A stretch of 64,000 nucleotides of DNA from Zygnema circumcarinatum SAG 698-1b (Eukaryota > Plantae > Zygnematophyceae). The notes below the pieces were generated by a model. It saw nothing but the letters and a program-made list of their open reading frames with translations. It searched no databases and was not told the origin of the DNA. Positions within the stretch are counted from its first letter, which is position 1; the number at the start of each line of letters is the position of its first letter. The stretch covers positions 806,001 through 870,000 of the forward strand of contig CM074806.1 of assembly GCA_037447605.1 (NCBI GenBank), written 5' to 3'. The translations under genes and the position numbers were made by a program. This document shows, piece after piece, positions 13,246 to 26,025 of the stretch.

Positions 13246-16200
13246 ATGGAGGGGGCGCTGAAGGAGGTGGAGGTGGAGGCGGAGGAGGTGAGGGAGGGGA
13301 GGGAGGAAGGGGAGGAGGAGGAGGAGGAGGATGAGGAAGAGGAGGAGGAAGTTGGTGGAGGAGAGGGCTCCACTATGCTGCTTGGCTTTGTTCGATCGAC
13401 GCCAACCACTCCATGGGCCCTCTCAAGGCACCATTTTCCCAGCAAAGCGGGGGGAACGCCGGTATGTTGCTGCCAGTGCCTCCGTTTTTCTCCCTACGCT
13501 TGGCCATAGGGCGTCTACAGGTGCTCACCTCCCTTTTTTAGGCTGAGAAGCGTCTTGAAATTTTGGTGGAGCTTGTTCTGAAGTATTTTAAGAATTAATT
13601 GCGGTTTCAGGAGCCTTGAGTGTTAAGTAGAGCTGAATGCATCCTTGCGTTGGGGAGAGAGGTTGCCTTCAGGCCTGGCTTGATCCCGATAACTTACCAT
13701 CTGGCGAGGAATCATGCTGCAGCATATGCCAGAAGCCTCTGGACTTCATTTTGCAAGTAAGCCTTTTGGGAAAGATATACTCATGTTTTTTGGGATGACA
13801 CACAGAAACAGGACGAACCTCGAACATGGCTCGCCGAACATCGATCTTTCATTGCTGTTTCCACACAGATTTTTTTTCCATGTTAGTCTCATTTCACTAA
13901 TTGTAAACATTCCATTGGGTGTAGCATGGAAGTGCTGAACCTCAAGTTTAGTGTACTTAGAGACTGAAGCTAAAGCCTTGTCATCCAAACCAGTGAGCGA
14001 GCCTTTGCTCAAAGAGAAAAGAGATAATCGCATTTTGTGCTGTGAACATGGCCAGCAGAAGGGTTGGTAAAGGTTTTTGCAATTTCACATCGGCCACTTC
14101 AAGTGAAGTTCTGATGACAAATCATGCAAATTTTATGCAGGTGTATGCACCTGTAGATGATGTTCCTTCCGCATTTCACCGAGCATTGTTTGTTATGATT
14201 TGTCGGAGCTTAAGTTGCCACAAGGAGCACCAGCGGCAGCAATCTTCTGGCAGCACTTTGCGCAGGTTTGGATCAAATCGCTTTTGAAAGCACTTGCTTC
14301 GGATGAAGAAACGCCCTGCCAAAAAAAGGCGTGGCCTGTTGATTTCTGCTTGCTACCTCCAGGAAGATGGAGAGATTTGTGAAAATCAAATGAGTGAAAT
14401 GGGCTTGCTGTTGGCTTTGTGATGGCAGTGTCAGAGTTTTCCGGAGTCAGCTCGATCGAGATAATAAGTTCTACTCATTTGAGCCTCCTGGCAATGTAGT
14501 TGGAGCTCCCAAAACTTCTGGAGGTGAGTTTCGGAAGTGATTGCTTAACTCTTTTTCCTGCGTAAGAATGCCAAACTGCCTCGTGAAAGAAGTTTACATG
14601 AAAGTTGTGGGGAGGGGGAACTGGCTGTCAATCAGGTCGAGGATGGGTTCCATATTTCTTTTAGAGTGCGCTTGATGATTAATTTCTTCCTTCAATTTTT
14701 TGAGAAATGATCTTCAAGCAACTTCTCTTTGATGAAGGGTCGGAGGGTGCTGTCAAAGATCTTTTTTTTTTAAGGAAAAAAGGCCACTTTGGATGACACC
14801 TTCAGGAGACCCGTCTGTGATCGAAAACGTTCAGATAAAGTGAATAAGTTTGAAGCCCGAGATTAAGGCATGGTTGACTTGGTCATCTGAAACCTCCTCT
14901 AGTTTGGGTACTCATATATTGTTTTGTCCTTATTTTCTGTGCGATATTGTTTGTACAAAGGAAACAGTACTCCGTTGTGAGTGGTGTGCCATATGGAAAG
15001 CAGAGAAACGATGCAGCGGCTGTCATAGTGCCCACTATTGCAGCAGGAAACATCAGGTGGGAGAACGGGAGGGACTGTTACTCTTAGAACAACAAACCTT
15101 CAATGTTCGTTTGTTCCCTTGTGGAAAGAAAAGCATGAAGCTTGACTACAAAAACTTGTGTGAAAGATTTATTGACCCATTCGTTCCTGACCTACTGAAT
15201 GGTTTTCAATTACAGAGAGCCAGTTATCACTGCATGATTTTACTCTTCATCGTAACGAGACTTTTGTTTTTGGTTGCAGGTGGAACACTGGCGAGCAGGG
15301 CACGCAGAGTATTGTCGAACAGTGCAGGCTGCCCAACCTCCTCCTGCAATTTCTGCCAATGACGTTTCCGAAAACTCTCCTGGGGAGAAAATAGAGCTTT
15401 CTGCAACTGTATCGGCTGGAGAAGCAGGAGAAGCTGAGACGAGAGACAGCAATTCTATGTGTCCTGAAGCTGATGATAGTGTGTCATCAAGAAGCCCTTT
15501 AGAACGTGAAAGCAGCGAGAGCAATGCTAGAAGCAGAGGAGAGGGTCCTATTCCGGGCGTAGCGGTAGGTGCAAACCCTCAAGGGTGGCCAGAATTGGAA
15601 CTGGCAGTGGAGGAGGAGGACGAGGACGATGAGGACGGAAATGAAGCTGCCTATGAGGGAGACGTGTCTCCAAAGGACAAGAATGTGCAGCGGTTACTGC
15701 AAGATTATAAGAAACGTACCAAGGAAGAGGGCGAATATGGGAGCGAGGAACTGCAGGGCATAGAAGAGGTGGGCACTCGTGCTTTTCTTCAGTGTGTATT
15801 GAGAGAGATATTGGAGATGGTCTGTTTCCAATGTTGCTCCTTTATCCAGGTTGTTTTTGGCTCAGTTAACGGAGTAAATGTATTTTGTAGAAGTTCAATT
15901 TGAGTTGCATGAAATAACTCTAGCTGGACATTGGGGTGGGCTATGTCTATACGTTTGGACGGTGCAGAACGTTTCTGCAGAGAAAAGTCAATGGGTGGAG
16001 TTCCAAGCTTGCATCGCTCGGAATCCCCAGCAAGTGTTAAGGTATGACGCCCTCCCAAGGTTCTCGAAGCTGCGCTTCTATGGGCTCCGGAAGCATGAAA
16101 GCATTTAGCGTTAAGAAATATTGACATGTCAGACAGGCAGGCGATGCTGTTTAAGCTTCCTCTTGCGCTGATTGGACGAGGGTTTGGGGGATTGGGTTTC

Positions 16201-16684
16201 TGCAGATATTGCCGCTCAGAGCAGGCTCGGCCACTATGGCCTCGACTAGCAGGACGGCCTAAAAAGGAAGATATATCTCCGTGTGAAAATTGTGGAGCGA
16301 ATCGCATGTTTGAATTTCAAGTAAGCTATGTCCTGGGCATGTGGGTCTCTCCCTTTGTGAATTTGCTGATTAGAACATGTTCTCACTATTGAATTCGCAC
16401 TGGAAGTTAAACATTTGGGATATACAGTCGGGATAAGACAAGAGGTAGAGGTGGGATGCTTTCTGTTGTGTAGCCGACCTTTTGGGGCCCTGCTTTGGGA
16501 TGCATGGGCTGGAGTGCAGGTGCTTCCTCAGCTGCTCTACTACCTCAAAGTGGATAGCAGCGATGCGGATTCCTTGGATTTTGGTACAATTGCCATCTAC
16601 GTTTGTTCTCAGTCTTGCTCTCGGAAGGATGGACTTGGAGGGTACTTGGAAGAGCTCGCATGGGTGCAGCTGAGCCCTGAATGA
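13246..16684 (+). CDS. PDCD2: Programmed cell death protein 2 (PDCD2/TSR4 family; MYND zinc finger + PDCD2_C), about 9 exons
   Basis: LLGF...HFPSKAGGTP|AWLDP, CSICQKPLDFILQ|VYAP..AFHRALF, VFRSQL, MYND CEWC..CSGC..HYCSRKHQ|VEHW..H..C, QVLRYCR, CENCG..R.FEFQ|VLPQLL, DFGTIAIYVCSQSC. Stop TGA at 16682-16684. Confidence 0.93.
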
Positions 16685-16960
16685 TGTTGTCACCTTTTCT
16701 GTGTATAGTGAAGCGTCGACTATTAGTTACGGGAGAACGTAAGACTTAAGTTGTGACCTTCTCGGTGGCATCGCCATTGTGAGATCAATCCCAATTCACT
16801 CTCTGCACACCCGCAATGGCACATGATATTACATACCAAACACCGTGGTCCTCCATTTTTTATTTGTCCATGGTCATGTAGTATCATTGCCAATTAATTT
16901 CCAACAGAGTGATGAAAATACGCATTGTTGAGACTAGATGTAGATTTTCGCTCATAACTT

Positions 16961-17065
16961 TTTTCTGTTGTCTTTGGGTCCTTTGCAACCAGTTCCTCGT
17001 GGTTCCCCATGATGATTTTGTCCATGTACATCTGATGGCATCATCGCCATCGTCAGATCAATGCC
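16961..17065 (+). repeat. Dispersed ~110-bp repeat, copy A
   Basis: Core ggtcctttgcaaccagttcctcgtggttccccatgatgattttgtccatgtacat...cgtcagatcaatgcc, shared with 22390-22494 (-), 46069-46183 (+) and a divergent copy at 45861-45958. Confidence 0.9.
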
Positions 17066-17735
17066 ACATGAAGTTTCAATACCGCCGCGCACACATAGAG
17101 ATGCAATTGTACATCGAATCCAAATCGAAAAAAAAAAATCAAATCTGTAGGCGAGTGTTTGATGCGACAAAGAAAGTACGACGACAATCTGTACGGACTC
17201 AAAGCCCAGACGCTAAACAGCTCCACATAGAAGCGCGTCTAACTGAATCCGCAAAGCGTCGTGACAGGGACGCAGTTTGAGGGGGTGGATCGCGGAGAGA
17301 GGCGCGCGCGGGGGTGGGCTTGGGACACGTGGCGACGCCTGGAGGCGGGGAGCTCCTCAGAGGCGAAGGGAGGGGGGAGTGCTCGCCACGCCATCATCGC
17401 TGCTCCGAAGGGAGAGGCCGGTCGGGAGGAGGGGGAGAGTAAGTCGTGAAAGAGTGTGATGGACGGAGCAAGGGAAGTGAGGGGGAGAGTGGGAGAGAAG
17501 GAGAGAGGGCGAGAGAGAACATCGAACCGTTGCTCTATTCAAGAATTTTAGGGTTTGCAGTTTCTTAGCAGACTCAGCAAAATGCCGTTCCTTCCACTGG
17601 CAGGTGGGTTTGTGGCCTCGGAGGTCTCCTCTGGTGAAACGTGGAAGAAAGTGTGTGGAAGTATCGGAAGGGAAAAAGGAGGCGAAGGGAAGGAAATCTG
17701 GTGTGGGGATGAAGTGGAGCTAAAGGATTGCCAAG

Positions 17736-18382
17736 ATGAGATTGCTAACTCACAACATGCTGACATGCAACATTCGGGGAGTGACAAACGGCTATCCATT
17801 GAAGGTTGAAGCCAGTCAGCTTGAAACTCGCGAAGCAGAATTCAATCCGGAATTTTTGCGGCGCATCTTTTCGAAGATTGAATGGAAAGCCTTGCGAGAA
17901 GCAGCAGCAGCGGTAAGGATCGTTTATGTGCTATCCAGGCATTGGGGTTTAGCATGAGTGGAATGGCTTGGGGTCTTATGGGGCGGAGGATGGCTTGCAG
18001 GCTGGAGTTGAGAATTTACCGGAGACAGCGGATGTTGAGAATTTGGATGACGAGGAGTTCTTACGGCGGTTTCATCACGCTTTGTTGGAGGTGGGTCTAT
18101 GCGAAGGAGGAGAGTGCAGCCAAAGAGAAAAAGCGAGGGAGAGAGTGAGGAGAGAGAAAGAGAGAGAAAGAGAGAGTTGAGTCTCCATGTTTCTTATATA
18201 TTCAAATTAGTGAAAGGTAACATTTTTCCTCTGTATGGTATGTTGGACTTAAAAAAATGGCTATCTCATGATATATGCAGGTGCACATAGAGGAAGGAGC
18301 GCTTATTTGCCCTGAAACAGGGCGTCGATTCCCAATTAGTAAAGGTATTCCAAACATGCTATTGAATGAGGACGAGATATGA
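17736..18382 (+). CDS. TRM112: Multifunctional methyltransferase activator TRM112, 3 exons (17736-17912, 18001-18090, 18281-18382)
   Basis: [22 protein letters not shown]...FNPEFL..IEWKAL..|..[11 protein letters not shown]|[33 protein letters not shown]. Confidence 0.96.
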
Positions 18383-19144
18383 GGAGAAACTTGCCAATTT
18401 TGTGCCTTGGAGTGAGCCCATCTTCAATCGTTCCTCGTCCAACACGATGCTGAGCAGTCTCTCTCCGTTGTGCTTGGCTCGTCCACACTCGCATGTGCGC
18501 GTGACGACGTCTGTGAGACTGCCGTTGTTATGGAAAATTTGGTCAGAATTCGTTTGTCACCTTCATGTACAATCTATGCTCTGCGATCGTTCCTTAATGC
18601 GAGGAGATTTTGGGCTTATGCCTTTTTTTATTGGACCGTTCACTTTCAGGATTACTTCGTTCTCATTTCTTCTGTCGTTCTCCAATATCAATATAGCAGG
18701 CTTTCACATTCGCTCTATTAGAAGAGTGCGGATAAAAAAATGAATTCCATTCAATGAAGCCTTGCAAAACGCATTCGCTGCATCTACAAACACATCCCCT
18801 GGCATGATGGCGAGGAATCATTGCACCCTCATTCTGCATCGAATTTAATGTGTAAAAAGCCGCCACAGAAGCTCTCTCTTGATGGTAACCATTGAAACAG
18901 AAGCTCCGTGTACATGGAACCCTTGTCCAACGATGGGGAGTAGGAAGGCACATGTAAAGGGATCCACCCAGAGAAGGCACAACTCAATCCCAATCCGAGC
19001 TTTGCCTTAGTGGACTTATTTGCGAAAAAAACATCCGAGGCCACTAGCCAGCACAGGAGGGGACGTGAGAGAAATTTCTCTCTCAACAACATTGGTGGTT
19101 GACCGGAATGAGAATTTGCAGACAGCAAGATAAGAAATGGTAAA

Positions 19145-21969
19145 CTATGAACTTTGTTTTGGCGGCGCTGCGTTTATTTCCCTTAGATACTCCACGAATT
19201 CATCTAGCAGGTAAGGCCAGGCCCCTTCCTCGTCATAATTTGATAGGTCCAATTGAATCATCTGCATCCAGAAGAAGTGAGGGAGAGTCAGTGTCTGTCA
19301 AACTCTGATACGAAGGAACAAGTGATGAAGAACGAACAGCCTTGTTCAGCTGCTACTCATGCAGTAGGCCTATACTATTCCGATGATTTTTTTTATTGAA
19401 AAATTATCAAAGTTATCTACTCTCTTTCTGTCCTGATCAAGTGCGATGACCAAAGCCAAAGCCAATTCTCACCCGAGAAAACTCCAGCAATTGAGACCAC
19501 GTGTCCCTTGAGATGGCCTTGTTGTGCTTTGCCTGTAAGACACACAGGCGATTGTCTATCAAGAAGTCAAAATAGAACCACAGATGAGCATAACATTGAA
19601 TTAAGATTAACGCATACATTTATCCAGAGTGATGACAGAGTACTCCATTCCGTAAAAGGAAACGGACTGACACTAACAAGCCTGCAAACTAGTAGAGACA
19701 AGACGAGGGCGGGGAATAGTGAAAGGGCAGAAGTTCTTGAAACCATTCCCGAAGCAAAAACTTCACCTGCAAGAATTGACACCAATGCTCCACCAAAGGC
19801 CATTGGCGCTCTGCGAAGAGGAGCCGCCACATTGGAATGGCTGTGTCTAACGCCAATGACTTTTGGCCCTGCATCTCCTCCAAAGCAGCAACAATGGTTA
19901 TCAAATTGAGCCTGCTACAGCGACCCTCTTTCAGAGGGCTTCAGCTTTCCATGGCTGATGTACCTACGATCACAATGTGAATTCCAGCTCACCTTTTCCT
20001 TCGCCCAACCAAAAGCGAAGTTGTAGATTTTACGGAACTTATCTGCAAATAACAACCCCTACTCCAGTCTTGTCAAAGCTCCGTAAGGGTTCATGTGTTC
20101 ACTCCCTGTGTGTGTGCAAGTTTACAAGAAGGAAGGTACAGCAACATGTCAAAGTGTCAAGCTTCTAAGGCAACAACAGAATTGACAAGGTGACAGCAGA
20201 GAGATTTAGGGTACTGAAAGCAGCACCCACGCTCATCCTTGAGCTCTGCTCGAAGCCCTGGAAGAATTGCCCGCAACTTTTCCACCGAATCAGCTCTGCA
20301 ACCCAATCCCCGCAAGGCAAATCCTGTGACGTCCTGCCGAGCAATACTTAACCGCTGTATGCTTCCACACGATAACAGGCAAGACTCTGGTAACAAAGGA
20401 AATTTACATAACCGCTGCATGCTTCCACACGATAACAGGCAAGACCCTGGTAACAAAGGAAATTTACATAAAACATAGAGCAACTCACCCCAAAGAGAGC
20501 AAGCCGTCCACGAACTCAGACCGAGAAAATTCGCACATGGTGGCAGCTTTGAGATGCCATGAGAGCACCAGCTGCAAAATCCCAACAACGCAATGATAAC
20601 CTAAAGCAAACGGTCTTCCAACTCTAGGATCATTCTTCCGTAAAATATGACGACAATAACATAATAAAAAGAAGGAAAAAAGAACCCTGGAGCTCCTGAC
20701 CCTGTAGCCCTGCCCAGCGATACTACTCAACTCTGTGACCCCAGCAGCTCCAATACTAGTAGGAGATGAAGAGTATATGGTGACGTAGCTGCTCACCGTC
20801 ACCACATCGCTTGGGTCCACCTGTAAAGGACATACTCCTGTGTTAGAGCTTTTTAATTACATGAGAAAACGATCAAAGAAGAAGACAACCATATGCAGGT
20901 AGCACCCGAGCTGCAAGTTGCAACAGAGGCCAACTATGTACCTGCAGGTCTTCACAGAGCTTCGAGATACCGTCTACCAAAATCATATCATGCTGAGGAT
21001 CTGTTCACCACCTCCCACAAAGCTTAGCCTTCGTGAGGCTCAAATTGGCAGGATTCTGTCCGGATGGTGCTTTTCTGAAGAAATTGCTGACATGTTGGCA
21101 ATCAAGCAGCAGCAGCACGTACTGAAGCATTCCAACAATCACATAACGAAAAGATGCTCACCTCGATATCTAGCATACAATTCCTCCACACGGTGTGTGT
21201 CTGCGCTGCCGCTAGAGATGCCCGCGGACTGGGAGGTGCTGTAGAAAGCATCAAACGCCGCCTCCAAATTCCAATCAGATGCTCTTAAAGCCGCAAGCGC
21301 TTCCTTCTCACTGGCCCATCCCATCGAATGCACCTTGACGATGTCTCGGTTTGAAGTAAACGCAAGCAATCCGATAAAGTCACAAACAATGCTCAGCTAC
21401 TCAAGAATATGGCAGATTACGCACCAACAGACTCAAAAGTGTCTAATAAACTGGTGACCAAGTCAAAGCTGCAGCCATGAAAAACACATGGACAGGAAAA
21501 AGTCGGAATACCGCATGGCCTTCAAACGAGAAAACACCAAACGAAAGCGGCCGCAGAGACGGATGCTGATGTGTTTCTCTCAACAATTGCTGCTCTCTAA
21601 ATGTTCAGCTACAGCAGTTACAGCTGCAGTAGCCCTGGTTTGAGTGTCCACACAGTACACCTCTACTGTTCCGGATATAAGAATCGCGGATATAGACTTA
21701 CCTTGTGCCTGCTATGCTCACAAACTGCTGCACCCTTTCCCGGAGCTGCTTCTTGATCCTGTTCTGCAACCTCTCAGGCACCATCACAACATAATCAGAC
21801 CTTCATATATCCTTCAGAATCCTCCACAATAGTGATTCCACCATCCTATCCACATAAGACTATGCAGAAATCGGGCGTGTCTACACACAACCGCAAAAAC
21901 TTGCTTCTTCCACGACCACCATTTGCCACAATCCATGTCACGCTTCAAAATAGCGTATACTCTCACCAT
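19145..21969 (-). CDS. DCN1: DCN1-like (defective in cullin neddylation; UBA-like + PONY domain), about 11 exons including an ATG-only first coding exon
   Basis: M|[20 protein letters not shown]|[29 protein letters not shown]|VDPSDVVT|[36 protein letters not shown]|[32 protein letters not shown]|..[21 protein letters not shown]. Start chosen from the gctATG|gtgaga junction at 21969. Confidence 0.94.
20350..20471. repeat. 60-bp tandem duplication (2 copies, 2 mismatches) in a DCN1 intron
   Basis: aaccgctg(t/c)atgcttccacacgataacaggcaagac(t/c)ctggtaacaaaggaaatttacat at 20350 and 20410. Confidence 0.95.
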
Positions 21970-22389
21970 AGCTACCGGCGTATTTCTTCAAAGATCCAAA
22001 AGACCAAGATGGTGTTTGCTGCTATTTCCCCAATTCATGGAGCTTGCTTAATCGCCTGCCTCCCCAGTGAGCTGCTCTCGTGCAAGGCACAGGCAGGCAG
22101 CAAAGCGCTCTCCAGAAAGAGCCTTCTGCCTTGGGCGCCTGCGCGAGCTCCTCCGCCGCGCGGTTTTGCAATCCCTGCCGCGCAGTTTGTTTGGCTGGGA
22201 GTGCAGCCAACCGCGTGTGAGAACCGCACGGTCACGGTTGAAACTGCGCGACGCGCTGTTTTCCAATGAAGGTGCGTGTTGGGGACTGGGGGATGGGTCC
22301 ACCGTACAACCGTTTGGAATCATGTGATGGTGCGGATGGCCATGGCCATGGGAGCCCGGGATAATGGCATTTTATGTTACTGTTGTATT

Positions 22390-22494
22390 GGCATTGATCT
22401 CACGATATCAAATGTACATGGACAAAATCATCATGGGAAAACACGAGGAACTGGTTGCAAAGGACCTAAGGACAAAAGAAAAAAAGCTAGGAGC
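22390..22494 (-). repeat. Dispersed ~110-bp repeat, copy B, embedded in CCATG-rich flanks (possible decayed MITE ~22325-22556)
   Basis: Reverse complement matches copies A and C. Flanks show weak inverted similarity (ggtgcggatggccatgg... / ...ccatgccattttccataaggtacgcacccctg). Confidence 0.88.
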
Positions 22495-23507
22495 TATTGA
22501 CTTGAAAGGCTATGGGCTATGGACCCATGCCATTTTCCATAAGGTACGCACCCCTGGCCTTGAAATAGACGACAGCATTGTTTAGCCAGCTCTATAGCAA
22601 ACCTCGCGATGGCAGGACAGTCTCATATAAAGCGAGGTACTGTTACTGGTTTGAGCTACACGAGTGGGCTATGCTATGGGTGAGAAACTATATGGTGGTA
22701 AACGCACGCGCCAAATGACGAGCCTACAGACAACGTGTTTCCTTGCACATTCCGAGATGGCATGGGATGGGCTCCATGCGCACTTTTTGCTTTGAGAACG
22801 TTTCCATCGACCAACACTGCAAAGGCTTCAAGAGGCGATGTCACATACTTAACTTCGGGCAGCTTCACACTCATCTGTTGTCATCCCCTTCCACCTCTTA
22901 CACCTCGATACTATTCAACTTTTTTTTTCTAAGGCCTCATATTTTAGACTTCGCCTTGGTGTCTTACGCCGAGTCAACAGGAACGGACTGAAAAGACGGC
23001 CACTGTGCGACACTTCACTCTCTTCCTTAAAAGTGTCCAAGTGAACGGACACATGATGCACAATTGCACAAATTGACCACTAGAACTCTCATTCAACTTC
23101 AAGTTCCAAATGACGGCCATCATCAGGATCCTTACGACCATGGCACATGTAGACCTGAAAAGCCACCTTGGAGCCTTTAATGTCAATATTTTTTACACCA
23201 GGGCCCTAATGCGCCTCATATCTGTAACAACCTTTGGAGCATATGCTCATCCTAATCAGAACCACAAGCATGACGATCCATCGTACATAAATAGCAGCAT
23301 AGTTTACATGGATCGGCAAAGCAGAGATCATCTATTTTTCCAACTAGAAGTCAGCCTAGTCCTATTTGGATGACCTACATCATATGCTCTACGTTTAACT
23401 ACAGCCCCCGTAACGAGGGTTCGGTGGGAGCAATGACATGCTTAAGCTCCTAACCACCGTGCTCACTAATTTCCGACCGGGAAAAGTACAATCTTGGTGA
23501 TTGTTAT

Positions 23508-25378
23508 CTACGCATGTTCAGGCGCAGGTGCAGCTGCTGCTTTATTTACACTGCTCTTTAAAACCTTCAACTCACTCTTTATATGTGCCACATCTGCTGA
23601 ATTGTTGGCAGCCTTCACATCTTTCGCCATTTTCTTCATGTCCGCCTCCAGAATCTTAATGCGGCTTTCTGCCTGGCGCAGCGCCTGAGTGAGCGTTCGC
23701 ACATCAACATCAATCGTCTGCTGTGCCATGGACACAGCCTGCCCTCAGCAACACCCCCACTCCACTCGCAGTTAGCTTTAGGTGATGATCGCTTCACAGT
23801 GTTGCTCTGACTGGTGAAAACGAGCCTCACTTTCTGATACTGTGCAGGAGACAGAAAGCCAGTGTTTTTCGTTGCGAAACCCGAAGTCTATTTGCCGATA
23901 CTTCAACTGGTTATGAGACGTACTTTAATTCCACATTTCGAGATCATGCTATGACTTTTAGTGACAATAGCTGTTGCAGGCACATTCAAACCTAAAGGCC
24001 CTGTATGTATCCTTTAGACAGTTATCGAGAGTGTTTGTTCCATTACATAACAATTCGCATTCCAATACACGTTCATTGTGCTTGCACTTGTCAGGAAAGG
24101 GAAAACCTAAAACGGCTACAGAACTCCAGAATGTACTACAGACAGCTCGACACCCTTAAGTGCGATTTAGGATAAATTAATAGAGTTTATATCACGGCAA
24201 CAACGTAATGTTGGCGGCGATTGTTACCACAGCACGTTTTGAGAAAAGGATGTCAACTAATGGACGCTGCTACTCGGGCCGTGGTTAGACTGCTTGCCAA
24301 AATCCTTCCTCTTCTATTTTTTTCCTTTCAGCAAATTATTACATGCTCTTCCTGGAGTTTAAACTGCTTTGAGGAACATGTAGTTCCCCGCCCTATACAC
24401 GCAGAAAGCAAAACGCGCATAGAAATAGGTTTAGGAATTGAAGGAGCATACCTGTTCAGCGGTCGTAATGCGTTCCTCGTGATTCTTCGATGCCGCTGCA
24501 GTTTGCTGATGTGAAAGAAACGTAAAATAAAGATGCTTCTCGACCAATTTTTGGCAATGTTCCAATAGCTCGCCCTGACGAAGGGGCTCCTCGCATCCTA
24601 TTGACTTAAAGGGACAAGACACTGACTTCATGGCACACACTGTAAGACAATGAGTATCCATTTCCTCTCGAGGAATCTCTACTGAACACGCCATTCTGCA
24701 AGGGATAAGCTTCCGTGGACAGACATCGTCGTGCTCAGACGCATGCAGAATTGAATTCACTTTTCCACAGCCTGGGTTGGCACAAGCATATGGAGCAAAG
24801 CGGCACTGCATTTGGTGGTCTGACAAGACATCTTCATCTGCTAGAGGAAATACTTCCCCGCAATGGCTGGTGCCTACTACATCCACGCGCTCAATGAGCA
24901 CCTTTGCCAACCTCTCGCGTCTCTCAATCGGCCAAAATCCAAACTTTTCTAATTCCTGCAGCAACTGCTCTACCTTGTCTTCTTTCTTGTCTCCAAGAGC
25001 AAACTTTGTCGACAGCTGAACAAACAAGCTGCGCTTTCCACCCAGAAAACTTGCAAGAAACCTGTCCACGGCTTCGCTAGGGCGTTCTGGCTCCATTTCA
25101 TCATCCTCCTTCGGCTTGATGACCTTCCGGGAATAGTCATCACTGGCTTTATTGACATAGTCAAGGAGCTCCTTCCTCACCTCTCCTGCCTTTCCTGCCG
25201 CTGGCTTGAACGGATCTGTAGCGCCTCTCTCTACTGTTGCAGTCACAAGAGAATACATCAACGCTTTCGCAATAAGGGCAACCTCCCGTGTATCAAAGTA
25301 ATCACACTTCTGCATTCCTGGAGGCGCCAGGGCCGGCGCTAGGATAGCATTCCCACTGTCATCTGTTATAGTATCCAT
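23508..25378 (-). CDS. Plant TRAF-type zinc-finger family protein, 2 coding exons (24452-25378, 23508-23738)
   Basis: TRAF-like Cys/His repeats H..CRF...CANPGC..H..VCP.KLIPC...C...IPREEMDTHC.TVC.MK.V.CPF...GC and a C-terminal coiled coil. The N-terminal CD.FD..V..IA....L block recalls the angiosperm TRAF-like family. Confidence 0.85.
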
Positions 25379-26025
25379 GGAGCAGCCCGTCAGCGCCGAG
25401 AGCGGAGCGGTAAAAACAGAGCACCACAAACCTGCAAATTGCTGCAAGGATGGCATGGAAAAAACTCAAGTTCATTCCGCTGTAGACATAGCGAACCCAC
25501 CTCACCCTCTTTCGCTACCTCCACCTCTACTTTCCTTCCCACCCGCACTCCCCTCCAAAATCCTTCTACTCGTTTCCTTTTCCAACCTTCCTCCTCCTAT
25601 CCCTTGCCCTCTTCCCGTCAACCCCCCTCCCCCTTTCCTCCTCCCTACCTTCTCCAGTTCCGACCTCACCTCCTCTCCTCTCCTTCCCGACCTTCCAAAT
25701 CCTCTCTCCCTCCCCTCTCCCTCTCTGCTCCCTCCCCCCTCCTTCCCCCTACAGCCTCTACAGACGCTCCAGCAGGCCCGGGCCGAGAGCGGCCGAGAGT
25801 GGGCGCCAAACGGCCCCACGTCGCGGCCCAATGTGCGGTGAGTTTGCCACGTGTCACGACGCACCACGTGGACACTGCGACCTGACGCCACGTAGCACCG
25901 GTGGGTGCGGCGCGCCAGGCGGCCGTGGGCGTACGGACGTGGACGGGTCCGGAGCGGCGTGGCAATAAGTTTTTGCCCGTATCGTGAGAGATCGCGAATA
26001 TCGACTGTGCATTGTCATTTTTCTA

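Noticed and set aside
17009-17038. Box C/D snoRNA-like motif (ATGATGA...CTGA) in the dispersed repeat
   Set aside because: Only 16 nt separate the boxes, and CTGA is not conserved in copies B (TTGA) and C (TGGA).
20350-20471. CRISPR-like repeat array
   Set aside because: Two adjacent copies with no spacers, in a eukaryotic intron, with no cas genes.
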